Shown piece after piece: positions 21,924 through 32,074 of a DNA stretch of 64,000 nucleotides. Numbering within the stretch: position 1 is the first letter of the stretch; every line of letters starts with the position of its first letter. Made by a program: the position numbers and the translations under genes. Origin of the DNA: Minisyncoccia bacterium. GTDB lineage: Bacteria > Patescibacteriota > Minisyncoccia > Phycocordibacterales > Phycocordibacteraceae. The notes under the pieces were generated by a model. The model was not told where the DNA came from and made no database searches. It was given only the letters and a program-made list of their open reading frames with translations. The stretch covers positions 142,862-206,861 of the forward strand of contig JBBQZW010000001.1 of assembly GCA_038207395.1 (NCBI GenBank). The letters run 5' to 3'.

Positions 21924-22208
21924 TTACAAATTCGGATATTGCTTCTTACGGAGCGGAGTATACGTCCACCACATCCTGACCTTTCCTCCATTCATAAAAT
22001 CTATTGCTGCCATGTAGGTGTCCAGCACACACGGATCCTGACGCACACCACTAATTCGGCACATCTTTTTGTAGAGCACATAGGCGTCCTTCTCTTTTAA
22101 ATCCGCGGGTGACTTTAGACCTAACTCACGAAAATCATTAGCCATTGCGGGGCCAATGTTTGGAATGTCCGTGAATTTCTGTACCTCTTTAGCCGTGCGC
22201 GCTTTCAT
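21924..22208 (-). CDS. Helix-hairpin-helix protein (Cdd1/mitomycin-resistance-like)
   Basis: IPNIGPAMA, QDPCVLD, WWTYT. Confidence 0.8.
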   Translation of the reverse strand: MKARTAKEVQKFTDIPNIGPAMANDFRELGLKSPADLKEKDAYVLYKKMCRISGVRQDPCVLDTYMAAIDFMNGGKVRMWWTYTPLRKKQYPNL

Positions 22209-22232
22209 AGGTATTCGTGAACGTTGTGCCGC

Positions 22233-23348
22233 TTACTGATACTGAATAAACAATGGCTGAGGCGTAAGTTTCAAAAGTTCGCTTGGAGTGAGAAGGCGCG
22301 TACTCGGAGGCTTTAGATCGTTCTTATAAAAGAGCTTGAACCCTGCGAACTGTACCGGTTGGTTAGAAACAAACTGCTTGTACGTATTTAATTTCTTAGC
22401 AGGACTTCCCCATCCATCCATATCCATAAGAACCTGCACTTCAGGAAGTGGCTTTATATTTGCGGTACCAGTCACCATATTTTGAGTGAAGCGGTGTACG
22501 ATCAACACCTTTGGGGGTAGATCATTTTTCTGCACGAGTTCTGCAAGATGTTGGGCAGCATAATTTATATCCGCTGAACTAAAGGTTCCTATAACAGTGC
22601 CGGGCTTCTCCCCACCTTTCATAGAGAATTCTGGATCAAGCGCGAGATGCACATTTGGCATCGCAAGATATTTGTCGAGCATCGGAAGTTCACGCTGAAG
22701 CGTAGAAAGCCCTACCTGCATCTCAAGGATTACAATTCCGTTTATTTGATTGGCGAGTTCCACGGCGTGATCAATCTGCGCGTCGGGCATGCGCAGCATG
22801 TAATACCCTTGCTTACCGGGACTGCTTTGCGCAGTGAGCGCAATGTAATCAATGGCCATAACGACGGGCGTAGAAGGGTCAGCGGCTTCCCACTTTGCCT
22901 TTTCAGCCTTAAGCATTGAGATCATCTGTGGAGCGGGATATTCACCAAGTACCCCCATCTTCGTGGAGTAGAAGTTACCGTAATAGGCAATGATTCGTTT
23001 GAATGGAAGTATTGCACCTGCCTTTGGGTAGGGTGCTTGAGTTGGCCAGAGACGCTTCGTGGTCGAACTCGTCGTGGACGCATAGTTCGCTACCGAAAGA
23101 AGTTTTGCATCATATGCCTTTGTATCAAGTACTGGTTTCTGTGCCACTTTTGGAAGTGAGAAGATACCGGTTGTACTGCTCGTCGCTTCTGCTTCAGCAC
23201 GCGAGTAGCGCATACCAAAAGCATCACTCCAGCCCACGAGGTAAATCATAATGAGCCACGCACCGGTTATGCCAAGAATAACGCGAATACGTCGGTCATA
23301 TGACCTCTTTGCTGACTGCTTTTTTCTTCGCGTGGGTTGAGTTGGCAT
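22233..23348 (-). CDS. Membrane-anchored conserved hypothetical (lipoprotein-like) protein
   Basis: IIAYYGN..S.KMGVLGE, HLALDPEF, VHRFT, MDGWG, GFKLFY. Confidence 0.75.
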   Translation of the reverse strand: MPTQPTRRKKQSAKRSYDRRIRVILGITGAWLIMIYLVGWSDAFGMRYSRAEAEATSSTTGIFSLPKVAQKPVLDTKAYDAKLLSVANYASTTSSTTKRLWPTQAPYPKAGAILPFKRIIAYYGNFYSTKMGVLGEYPAPQMISMLKAEKAKWEAADPSTPVVMAIDYIALTAQSSPGKQGYYMLRMPDAQIDHAVELANQINGIVILEMQVGLSTLQRELPMLDKYLAMPNVHLALDPEFSMKGGEKPGTVIGTFSSADINYAAQHLAELVQKNDLPPKVLIVHRFTQNMVTGTANIKPLPEVQVLMDMDGWGSPAKKLNTYKQFVSNQPVQFAGFKLFYKNDLKPPSTRLLTPSELLKLTPQPLFIQYQ

Positions 23349-23384
23349 GTGTGCGTATACGATACCACGCTTACTATGAGTTTC

Positions 23385-23912
23385 TTATGTAGCGGTACCG
23401 CTCCACTCGCTCGGAACGTGTGGAATATCGAAATACGTCTCAAAGTAGATGAGGTGGCACGTATATCCTCCGGGATTATTCTGCAAATAGTCCTGATGGT
23501 ATGACTCTGCAGGCCACCAAGCCTTAAACGCTTCAAGTGAGGTAACCACAGGATCTTTCCAGCGTTTTGAGTCATTAACGATTTTTATGAAGGCTTCTGC
23601 CTGCGCCTTTTCGTCTTCATTCTGGAAGAATATAGCTGAACGATAGGACGTTCCCATATCATTCCCCTGACGATTCATCGTCGTTGGATTATGAATGCTG
23701 AAAAAACGATCGAGGAGTTTCCAGTAGCTGGTCTTTTCATCGTCATACGTAACCTCGAGCGCTTCTGCGTGTCCGTTATGATCTCGGTACGTTGGGTTAT
23801 CATTCTGCCCACCCGTGTATCCGGTCTCCGTATCCGTTACCCCTTCGAAGTTTCGGAAGAGATCTTCAAGTCCCCAGAAACAACCACCCGCTAGATATGC
23901 TTTTTTAATCAT
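23385..23912 (-). CDS. msrA: Peptide-methionine (S)-S-oxide reductase MsrA
   Basis: AGGCFWG, GYTGG, RQGND.GTSYRS, AESYHQDY. Confidence 0.95.
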   Translation of the reverse strand: MIKKAYLAGGCFWGLEDLFRNFEGVTDTETGYTGGQNDNPTYRDHNGHAEALEVTYDDEKTSYWKLLDRFFSIHNPTTMNRQGNDMGTSYRSAIFFQNEDEKAQAEAFIKIVNDSKRWKDPVVTSLEAFKAWWPAESYHQDYLQNNPGGYTCHLIYFETYFDIPHVPSEWSGTAT

Positions 23913-23921
23913 ATGAATTTG

Positions 23922-24293
23922 TTATTTACTTGGATCGCGCCACACTGCCTCTATATTGTTCCCGTCAAAATCATGGATAAAGGCACCATAGTATCCGAGA
24001 GAATACTGTGTTCGATACCCGGGAGCACCGTTATCTTTTCCTCCTGCAGCAATGCCTGCGTCATAGAAAGCCTGCACCATTTCTGGGCTACTAGCTTCAA
24101 ATGCCACGTGCACGCCCGCCGACTGCTCAACTTTTCCAAGCCAGAAGTCACTGCGGTCCCCCGTTCCATACCCGGCAGCGCCATACTCAGGAAGATCCAT
24201 CATGAGTGTGTAACCCAAAGGTGCGAGCATTGCCGTATAGAGAGGCTTTGATTTTTCGAGATCTCGAACTGCTGCTGATGCGTGATCAATCAT
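23922..24293 (-). CDS. VOC/glyoxalase family protein
   Basis: IDH, HVAFEA, GGKDNGAPGYR, YYGAFIHDFDGNNIEAV. Confidence 0.9.
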   Translation of the reverse strand: MIDHASAAVRDLEKSKPLYTAMLAPLGYTLMMDLPEYGAAGYGTGDRSDFWLGKVEQSAGVHVAFEASSPEMVQAFYDAGIAAGGKDNGAPGYRTQYSLGYYGAFIHDFDGNNIEAVWRDPSK

Positions 24294-24300
24294 AATTAAT

Positions 24301-24723
24301 TTATTTAAAGACTATTAGTATGGCGCCAGCAATACTAAGTATGATACCGGCGACTGACCGAGCGGTAAAAGCCTCTCCAAACACGAACGCCGCTAAGATA
24401 AGTATAAGCACTACTGACATCTTATCAATTACCGCCACCGCGCCAGCTGGGCCGAGCTTTAGTGCCGTGAAATACAGCACCCAGGACGCTGCTCCCGCAG
24501 CAGCTGAAAGCAAAATGAATAACCATGCCTTACCATCTACGGCTCCTGAGCCAAGTGCCTGGAACTTCTTTAACGCAAACCCGGCAGCCACGAGTAACCC
24601 ACCCATGACCACACCGCGAAGAATAGTGGCCAGAACCGGATCAACACTTTTAAGCCCTATCTTTCCAAAGATAGATACGAGGGCCGCACAAACGGCCGAG
24701 CCAGCAGCATAGAGCATCCACAT
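24301..24723 (-). CDS. EamA family membrane transporter
   Basis: FGKIGLKSVD...ATILR, SWVLYFTALKLG, IDKMS. Confidence 0.85.
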   Translation of the reverse strand: MWMLYAAGSAVCAALVSIFGKIGLKSVDPVLATILRGVVMGGLLVAAGFALKKFQALGSGAVDGKAWLFILLSAAAGAASWVLYFTALKLGPAGAVAVIDKMSVVLILILAAFVFGEAFTARSVAGIILSIAGAILIVFK

Positions 24724-24735
24724 GCTCTAAGTGTA

Positions 24736-25359
24736 CTACGAACTGAACGCTTCGAGTCCTTCCTCTGAAAGAGCCATCTTTACCCCTTCGCGTGAGTCCA
24801 TACGCTTCATAAAGGCCATAATATTTGTGTGTCCTGAGAGATCCATCTTGTGGGTTGTTGTCCAGCGAAGAACGGTATACAGATACGCATCAGCAGGTGT
24901 AAAGGTATTCCCTACCAAGTACTCGTGCATACCGAGCTCAGCTTCCACAAAGGCGAGTCGTGCAATAATCTTCTTTTTCTGCTCTTCCTTCTGCTCATCA
25001 GTGAACATTGAACCAAATAGCGGAGCAAAACCTTTGTGAATTTCAGAACTTACGAACGTAAGCCATTCAAGTTCACGGTAGTAATCCATACTTCCCTTTT
25101 CCGGCATGAGTGACTCAGATGACTGGTCGGCGAGGTACTGCACTATCGCAACACCTTCAGCTAATACGTCACCTGAATCGAGGCGAAGTGCTGGCACGTA
25201 TCCTCCTTTAGGATTAACGGCAAAGAAATCTTCTCCTTCAGCGGTTGTTCGCCCTTCTGCACTAAACGTTATCTTTGAAAGCTCAACAGGCACTTTTCCT
25301 TCACGAGCTACAATATGAGGTGATAATGAGCACGCGCCAGGTGAAAAATAGAGTTTCAT
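24736..25359 (-). CDS. Glutathione S-transferase (GstA/beta class)
   Basis: MKLYFSPGACSLSPHI, NPKG.VPAL, EGVAIVQYLAD, SEIHKGF. Confidence 0.9.
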   Translation of the reverse strand: MKLYFSPGACSLSPHIVAREGKVPVELSKITFSAEGRTTAEGEDFFAVNPKGGYVPALRLDSGDVLAEGVAIVQYLADQSSESLMPEKGSMDYYRELEWLTFVSSEIHKGFAPLFGSMFTDEQKEEQKKKIIARLAFVEAELGMHEYLVGNTFTPADAYLYTVLRWTTTHKMDLSGHTNIMAFMKRMDSREGVKMALSEEGLEAFSS

Positions 25360-25523
25360 AGAATATATAAAATTAGTCGAGCTAATACCCTAACTGTACC
25401 AGTTTTAAAATATGACGGGCGATGGGGATAACACTACGGGAAATACCTATGAAATTTAGTCAGTATTTGACTAGGGGTACGTATATACGTACTCTACATA
25501 CAGATCATCAGAGAGGATCGCTC

Positions 25524-25754
25524 ATGCAAGATTCAATTGTTACTACACAGTCCTTTAACAGAGATGCTTACCTGCGGTTCCTCAATCTAGGGCCAGATGC
25601 CACCTGGTGCGCCATTGCTGCGGCTCAAACGGAGCTATATCGTCAAAGACTGGCAAAGTCGTTTAACCTTCCAGACAACGCTACGTTCAGAGAAATTCTC
25701 AGTGCGCAGGAAAGAGCACCTCCACGAAACTGTGGCCCGGTAGGAAAACAGTAA
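25524..25754 (+). CDS. Small hypothetical protein with internal tandem repeat
   Basis: GAGG RBS; two similar units LNLGPDATWCAI / FNLPDNATFREI; terminator follows. Confidence 0.6.
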   Translation: MQDSIVTTQSFNRDAYLRFLNLGPDATWCAIAAAQTELYRQRLAKSFNLPDNATFREILSAQERAPPRNCGPVGKQ

Positions 25755-25758
25755 TCAT

Positions 25759-25809
25759 CGCCCTTCGTTAGAACGAAAACCAAACTTCGTTCTAACGAAG
25801 GGCGGTTTT
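25759..25809 (+). terminator. Long-stem terminator/hairpin
   Basis: Perfect 19-bp inverted repeat cgcccttcgttagaacgaa / ttcgttctaacgaagggcg. Confidence 0.75.
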
Positions 25810-25855
25810 CTTTTATACACACCACACGTCTTTGCCTAGAACGCGTTTTCGTCCC

Positions 25856-26581
25856 TTATCCGTCCGAAGGGATACTCTTTTGCACATGCTTAATAATTGA
25901 TTGAACCTCTGGATCAGTAATTTCGCGAGGACGAGGAAGTGATACGGAAATATCTTCAGTAATACAGCCATCACTGAATACTAAAATTCGATCCGCGAGC
26001 ATCACTGCATTTTCTATATTGTGAGAAATCATAAGCATAGTAATCTTTTGCTCTTCGTGAATACGAAGTATTTCGTCCGAAAGGCGCTTTGTTGTCTCCG
26101 TATCAAGCGCAGAAAATGGCTCATCAAGGAGGAGTAGTTCCGGAGCAGATACGAGCGCGCGTGCAATCCCCACTCGCTGACGCTGACCGCCTGACAAATG
26201 ACGCGGGTACGAATCAGAACGGGATTGAATCCCAAGTTCAGTGAGTGTTTTTCTTGCCTCATGATCTTTCTGTGCCTCAGTGAGTGTTCTTCCTGTGAAT
26301 CCAATTTTCACATTATTGAGCACCGTTTCCCACGGAAGAAGAGCGCCTCCCTGAAAGATCATGCGCGTTCGCGCAGTGTTTTGTATATGTCCTTTTTGCG
26401 CAGTATCAAGTCCTGTTATGAGCCGGAGTATTGTGGATTTACCGCTTCCTGAAGGACCAACAACTACCGTGAACGAACCTGGTGAAAGGTTAAAAGAAAC
26501 ATTCTTGAGAATGGGAGGCACATGCGGCTCATACGAAAAACCAACATCACTAAAGGATAAGACTGGGGTATCTTCACTCAT
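25856..26581 (-). CDS. ABC transporter ATP-binding protein (NitT/TauT type)
   Basis: GPSGSGKST, LLPWETV, LSGGQRQR, LLLDEPFSALD. Confidence 0.9.
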   Translation of the reverse strand: MSEDTPVLSFSDVGFSYEPHVPPILKNVSFNLSPGSFTVVVGPSGSGKSTILRLITGLDTAQKGHIQNTARTRMIFQGGALLPWETVLNNVKIGFTGRTLTEAQKDHEARKTLTELGIQSRSDSYPRHLSGGQRQRVGIARALVSAPELLLLDEPFSALDTETTKRLSDEILRIHEEQKITMLMISHNIENAVMLADRILVFSDGCITEDISVSLPRPREITDPEVQSIIKHVQKSIPSDG

Positions 26582-26583
26582 AA

Positions 26584-27405
26584 TTATTCAAATTTAAAAC
26601 GCTCAGCATACGCTAAGAGTGGCTGCCAAACGGCAATATTCAAAAGTGCTATGGCAATAACCAGCACCGTCATTGCCGCGACAAGCATTGAAGAGTCACC
26701 CGTTGAAGAAGCATGCACGAGAATACTGCCAATTCCAAAAAGATCATGCGCCGTATCTGCCTGCGGAGCATATGCACGAAGTGCCTCAGCAACGATAACA
26801 ATATTCCACCCATCTGCCACCGCTAGGATTGATCCGGTAAGAATTGCAGGAAATACGGATGGTAAAAGTACCTTACGAAGACGCTCCATACGAGTCATAC
26901 CAAACACCACCCCCACGGCTTTAACATCCTCGGGCGTTTGACGTACGCCACCGACCACACTGAAAGCAATATTCCAGACCATGGAAAAGAAGATAATAAA
27001 TATTGCCGCGCCTTCAAGAAAATTTGCCTTGAGAAAAATAATGATGATGACCGGGAAAAATGCCAGCACCGGCAAAGACTCGAGTACATCAAAGATAGGC
27101 AGAAGTGCACTTTCAACGCGACGCCCGCGCTCAGCCAAAAGGCCGAGCGCCACACCAATCACCAGTGCAAAGATGTATGCGATAAACAGGCGGAGAAACG
27201 ACGCGCCAAGTGCCGCTATAAGCGTACCTACTTTGCCCGAAATTTCGCTTGGCACAAACAACACTCCTGTCGCAAAAAACCCCGCAAATACTACTAATCC
27301 AAGCGGCAATATGAGACCGCTTCCAATGCGATGCGCCATCGTCGAAGAATGTCGCCTTCGCCCACGATGACTCCAATACGGCATTTTTGGAGAAACATCT
27401 TTCAT
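26584..27405 (-). CDS. ABC transporter permease (NitT/TauT type)
   Basis: SFLRLFIAY, DVLESLPVLAFFP, WNIVIVAE; adjacent ATPase. Confidence 0.85.
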   Translation of the reverse strand: MKDVSPKMPYWSHRGRRRHSSTMAHRIGSGLILPLGLVVFAGFFATGVLFVPSEISGKVGTLIAALGASFLRLFIAYIFALVIGVALGLLAERGRRVESALLPIFDVLESLPVLAFFPVIIIIFLKANFLEGAAIFIIFFSMVWNIAFSVVGGVRQTPEDVKAVGVVFGMTRMERLRKVLLPSVFPAILTGSILAVADGWNIVIVAEALRAYAPQADTAHDLFGIGSILVHASSTGDSSMLVAAMTVLVIAIALLNIAVWQPLLAYAERFKFE

Positions 27406-27449
27406 ACCCTCAATTCTAGCACCATGCGTTCATGTGCCGCGATCCACTG

Positions 27450-27959
27450 CTATGACGTGCAGTCGTAATCAGTACCGCTAGTTATTTTTGTACTGTTTGT
27501 TGTGGTTGCATACCCAGAATTATCAATACAGAAAAAGGTGCCTGCAGTACCCTTAAGAGGAACTTGCGCTGCCCATGAGAGTGCGGTGTCGTTACAAACG
27601 GCAACGGTTCCAGAACCTGCCGCATTACGGGTAACACTACTAATGCCAGCGTTTGAAGCAGCTGCAGACACCTGGGCAAAAATACTCTTTACTCCAGCCA
27701 CAGTAACGTTTGTACATATGTTTGCATACGAATACCCATTTGAGTCGTAGAATAATTCTGATTGTGAACGAGAATTAGTGAGATTTGATTTAATAGACCC
27801 ATCAGTACCTTTTGAGCGCGCGGAGTTTAATGACGCTAATACCACCGAAGAAAGAACACCAATAATTGCGATGACCACTAGAAGTTCAATGAGAGTAAAA
27901 CCATGAACAGGGCGAGCTGATACTCGTAAGAGAGGTGAATGCTTTAGAAAACCGTACAT
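27450..27959 (-). CDS. Type IV pilin-like prepilin
   Basis: GFTLIELLVVIAIIGVLSSVVLASLNSAR class III signal; C-terminal Cys pair. Confidence 0.92.
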   Translation of the reverse strand: MYGFLKHSPLLRVSARPVHGFTLIELLVVIAIIGVLSSVVLASLNSARSKGTDGSIKSNLTNSRSQSELFYDSNGYSYANICTNVTVAGVKSIFAQVSAAASNAGISSVTRNAAGSGTVAVCNDTALSWAAQVPLKGTAGTFFCIDNSGYATTTNSTKITSGTDYDCTS

Positions 27960-28036
27960 TACATAAAGCATACCATCTCATTGCGCGGAGAATACGGTAT
28001 ATTTCTAGACTGTGGAAAGAATGACCCTACATGAGT

Positions 28037-29497
28037 CTACACGCCCAGATCAAGTTTCTCGTCGATACGTATTTGAGCAACAAACTCCGGTACGTGTGAG
28101 ACCAAGACCATAGCACCTTCATAGGCATCAAGTGCCTTTGCAATGACGGGAATATGACGGAAATTAATGTGGTTAGTTGGCTCATCGAGGATAAGAAGTC
28201 CTGGCTCAAGAAGCACGATGCGCGCAAAAGCAACGAGCCCCTTCTGCCCTTCGGAAAGTACGCCAATCTTTTTCCCCATAGCAGGGCCAAGCAAAAGAAA
28301 ACCGGCAGCGACAGCACGCATTTTCTCCTCATTCTTTTTTTCCATTGCGTCTAAAAGTGTCTCCATCACGGTTTTGTTGAAATCAAGCGTGGAAAAATCT
28401 TGACGGTAGTATCCCACCTTAATGCCGCGCGAAATTGTTGCGCCTGGTGCGGTCTTATTTACCAGTGACTCAAGAAGTGTTGATTTACCAATACCATTAG
28501 GGCCTGCAAGTAAGAGATGCTGTTTTTTCTTTAAGGTGATGCTCGCATTCTTCTCAACTACTTTTCGCTTTTTCGGATCCATGATGGTAAGCGAATTGAT
28601 GGTGAGAATATCTCCTACGAGTTCTGGCTGTACAGGGATAGTGAAAGGACGGATAGTCTTATCCTCACGACGCACATCCACTATTTCGTCTTCCATTTCT
28701 TCAATCTCATCACGCATTTTCTTCGCGACTACACGCATCTTTCCTCCCTTCTGTGCAAAGAAGTTAGCCTTGTCTTTATTATCCTGAATCTTCTTCTGCA
28801 GCTGAGCATTCTTTCGATTCTCACGCTCAATACGAGCGGATATTTCCTTGAGGAGGGTGAAATAGTCGCCGGTATATTGTTCGAGTTTTTGCGTGTGAAC
28901 ATCCAAATACAACACACCATCCGTAAATGAATTCAAAAATTCAGCATCATGAGAAATAACCATACACGTCTTTGGGTATTCCTTGAGGAATTCAGTCAGG
29001 TGTTCAATACCTGCAGTGTCGAGGTTATTCGTTGGTTCATCGAGCAAAAGAAGATCGGGCTCTTGAATAAGCGCGCCGGCCAAAAGAAGACGAGCCTGCT
29101 GGCCACCTGAAAAGCTTCCCACTTTCGCATCATGATCTGCATGAAGATTTACAATCTCTAAAGCTTCATCAATTCGAGGATCAATGTCATATACCTTTTT
29201 TGCAAACATTCCTTCGAAGTATTCGCGAACGGTCTTTTCACGATCTTCAGCAGTCATTGCTTGATTTGCCATAGCAATGCTGGTGCCTGGTGCAGTCACT
29301 ACCTTCCCTTCCACCGGCTCGAGCTCGTTCATGATGATTTTGAAAAGCGTGGACTTTCCTGCGCCATTTTGACCCATTAGGGTCACTTTCATACCCCGTT
29401 TTAGGGAAAATACCGATTCTTTGAGGATCGGGTAATTATGCCCGTACGTGTACGAGACATCTTCAAAACGCACGACTGATGAACCTGGCGAACTCAT
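28037..29497 (-). CDS. ABC-F family ATPase
   Basis: Two ABC domains (GQNGAGKST, GPNGIGKST; DEPTNNLD, DEPTNH), no TM. Confidence 0.9.
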   Translation of the reverse strand: MSSPGSSVVRFEDVSYTYGHNYPILKESVFSLKRGMKVTLMGQNGAGKSTLFKIIMNELEPVEGKVVTAPGTSIAMANQAMTAEDREKTVREYFEGMFAKKVYDIDPRIDEALEIVNLHADHDAKVGSFSGGQQARLLLAGALIQEPDLLLLDEPTNNLDTAGIEHLTEFLKEYPKTCMVISHDAEFLNSFTDGVLYLDVHTQKLEQYTGDYFTLLKEISARIERENRKNAQLQKKIQDNKDKANFFAQKGGKMRVVAKKMRDEIEEMEDEIVDVRREDKTIRPFTIPVQPELVGDILTINSLTIMDPKKRKVVEKNASITLKKKQHLLLAGPNGIGKSTLLESLVNKTAPGATISRGIKVGYYRQDFSTLDFNKTVMETLLDAMEKKNEEKMRAVAAGFLLLGPAMGKKIGVLSEGQKGLVAFARIVLLEPGLLILDEPTNHINFRHIPVIAKALDAYEGAMVLVSHVPEFVAQIRIDEKLDLGV

Positions 29498-29518
29498 ATA
29501 GGTACTCTACCCTAGTCT

Positions 29519-31054
29519 TTACAGACCAACAATCTCATACTCCGCTTCCTTTTTTATTTCAGTTCGAAGAGGAATTTCCTTGAGGTAGAAAGCGGTAATA
29601 AATGCAATGAGCATTATTGGTGATGCATAGAGGAATAGGTCATCAAACGAACGCGTGAAGGCATGCAGCGCAGGCGCTGCTATTTCACGCGGCAACGTAT
29701 GAAGGATGTTAATACTTGCAGCTCCCATTGCATTCGCTTTCTCAGCAAGCGCTGGGGCAAGTTCCTTAAGGTGGACCGTAAAACGTGATGCAAGCACTGC
29801 ACCAAATATCGAAGTTCCAAATGAGCTGCCCATTGATCGGAAGAATGTTACGGCAGAGGTCGCAACGCCTAGATCTTTGTAGTCAACAGCATTCTGCACC
29901 GCAAGCGTCATAACTTGCATAAAGCTTCCAATTCCTACACCGGTGATGAACATCCAAAGTGAAATGACCCACTGATTCGTATCAGTTTCAAGACCGCTTA
30001 ATAGTACTAACCCAATACCGGTAATGACGGTGCCGTAGAGCGGGAACAGACGATATGTACCCGTTTTAGAAATACGGCGTCCAGAATACACCGATGCACT
30101 TAAGAGTCCTGCTACGAGTGGAAGCATAAGCAAACCGGACTTAGTAGCAGAGTACCCGCGCACGATCTGCATATACTCGGGGAGATAGATAATGGCCGCA
30201 AACATGGCAAAACCGGAGATGAATGAGAGGAGTGAGGACACCGTAAAGACACTGTTCTTGAAAAGAGAAAGAGGCAGGATTGGTTCTACGGCATGACCTT
30301 CCCACCATATAAAGGAGTACCCAAAAAATACTCCTGCCCAGAGCAACCATATAATCTGAAGTGAATTCCAGGCGTACGTCGTACCACCCCACACGGTAAC
30401 TAAGAGGAATGAAACAACACTTATCGTAAGTAATGCAGCGCCAAGATAGTCGATCGTATGATCCCGCTTTTCCACTTTTACGTGCAATTTAAGTACGATG
30501 GCAGTAAGTGCAATGATGCCAAGGGGGATATTGATAAAGAATATCCAGCGCCATGAAAGATGGTCCGTGAAGAATCCTCCGAGTAACGGACCGATCACAC
30601 TTGATACGCCAAAAACGGCACCGATAAGTCCTTGATATTTACCACGTTCACGGGGAGAGACAACATCACCTATGGTTGCGAACACCATGGACATAAGTCC
30701 GCCGGCACCAATTCCTTGAATAGCGCGGAATGCAATGAGCTGAAGCATACTCGTTGCGAAACCTGAAAGGACTGACCCGATAAGGAATATTACAACGGCA
30801 ATAATAAGCATTCGCTTGCGTCCAAAGATATCGGAGAGCTTTCCATAGAGTGGCGTGACCACCGCACTCGTAATCAGGTATGCCGTCACGACCCATGAAA
30901 GCTGATTCAAGGCCTTGAAGTCATTTGCAATGGTTGGCAACGCTGTCGAAACAATAGTCTGATCAAGCGCAGCCAGAAGCATCGTTATCATGAGCGCACC
31001 CATGATCACGAGCACATTTTCGTGTCGCTCGGGGCCTTGGAGAGTTTGTTCCAT
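29519..31054 (-). CDS. DHA2/EmrB-type MFS drug efflux transporter
   Basis: LAALDQTIVSTALPTI, YGKLSDIFGRK, WRWIFFINIP. Confidence 0.92.
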   Translation of the reverse strand: MEQTLQGPERHENVLVIMGALMITMLLAALDQTIVSTALPTIANDFKALNQLSWVVTAYLITSAVVTPLYGKLSDIFGRKRMLIIAVVIFLIGSVLSGFATSMLQLIAFRAIQGIGAGGLMSMVFATIGDVVSPRERGKYQGLIGAVFGVSSVIGPLLGGFFTDHLSWRWIFFINIPLGIIALTAIVLKLHVKVEKRDHTIDYLGAALLTISVVSFLLVTVWGGTTYAWNSLQIIWLLWAGVFFGYSFIWWEGHAVEPILPLSLFKNSVFTVSSLLSFISGFAMFAAIIYLPEYMQIVRGYSATKSGLLMLPLVAGLLSASVYSGRRISKTGTYRLFPLYGTVITGIGLVLLSGLETDTNQWVISLWMFITGVGIGSFMQVMTLAVQNAVDYKDLGVATSAVTFFRSMGSSFGTSIFGAVLASRFTVHLKELAPALAEKANAMGAASINILHTLPREIAAPALHAFTRSFDDLFLYASPIMLIAFITAFYLKEIPLRTEIKKEAEYEIVGL

Positions 31055-31121
31055 AGAGTCTTACACTCTAATGGTAATCACCTAAACAAGCAATGAAGCC
31101 GTACTTTTGACGCTTATCTCT

Positions 31122-31538
31122 TTACCCGGCAATTAAAAGACCACAGATAATTGCCGTTGCCCATCCTCCAAATGACACCGCCCCACTTATGAAAAGCGGT
31201 ATACGCTCCTTGTGAGAAAGTGAGGCAAACGAACGAGTAAGCGCAACTGCAGATAACCGCTCAATGGCATATGTATTTAGAATGAGCGCGAAGATTACAA
31301 CCATTTTTGTAATAAAGGGAGTTACAGAAAGGTATGCAGCGGCTGAAGCGTGGTACAAAAGACCTCCGGTGATTAAAAGTAACGCGAGTCCTATACTCAC
31401 TGCGGTATGTAGGAAATGTACCCGTCGAGAGTCCATCATTTCTTTCTTCCCAAGTATCCACATAAGTGCCTGCTCATCAGAATATAGAACAAGAAGCCCT
31501 GTGATGATGGCGATAATTAAATGAATAGTAACTATCAT
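31122..31538 (-). CDS. Membrane hypothetical protein
   Basis: Four hydrophobic segments with His residues; downstream of cytochrome b5 gene. Confidence 0.65.
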   Translation of the reverse strand: MIVTIHLIIAIITGLLVLYSDEQALMWILGKKEMMDSRRVHFLHTAVSIGLALLLITGGLLYHASAAAYLSVTPFITKMVVIFALILNTYAIERLSAVALTRSFASLSHKERIPLFISGAVSFGGWATAIICGLLIAG

Positions 31539-31539
31539 A

Positions 31540-31995
31540 TTATTGAGAAAGCGCGCCGAGCTTATATCGTTCAAGCACGGCAGCAGGCTCAGCACTTCCA
31601 CCGTGTTGAGTGTTAAAAGCTTGTGATCCGTCCTTACCGCAGATTGAGAGAATGCCTCCCTGCCCACCCGGATGCTCTGCGATCCGTTTTGTTAGATCGT
31701 ACACATTCCCATTTATCGCTGTCCAACAACTTTTTGACGTATTATGCGATGCTATCGAGGCAAGCGTATATCCAGATACTGCAGGCGTAGTTGGCGCGGA
31801 AACTGCTGGTGACCCTGACGTCTCGATAGGCACTGAAGGACGTACAGTCGGTGTACTAGTTGCATCAGCTTGAGTTGTAGTTGCTAATGAATAGCTCGCA
31901 GGAGCGCTTTGAATATTCGTTTGAATGGAGCTGTATAGGTAGCCTCCAGCAAGGATAACGAGGAAGAGTGCGAGCAGAGATAGGGTGGTCTTCAT
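31540..31995 (-). CDS. Cytochrome b5-like heme-binding protein
   Basis: HN..SCWTAINGNVYDLT...HPGG...CGKDGS..F...H. Confidence 0.9.
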   Translation of the reverse strand: MKTTLSLLALFLVILAGGYLYSSIQTNIQSAPASYSLATTTQADATSTPTVRPSVPIETSGSPAVSAPTTPAVSGYTLASIASHNTSKSCWTAINGNVYDLTKRIAEHPGGQGGILSICGKDGSQAFNTQHGGSAEPAAVLERYKLGALSQ

Positions 31996-32074
31996 ATACA
32001 AGAGTGCGCTTTTGAGAACAGTATTATTTCATCATTGTACACGAAAGGCTTTTACTACTGGTATGCTTAGTGCT

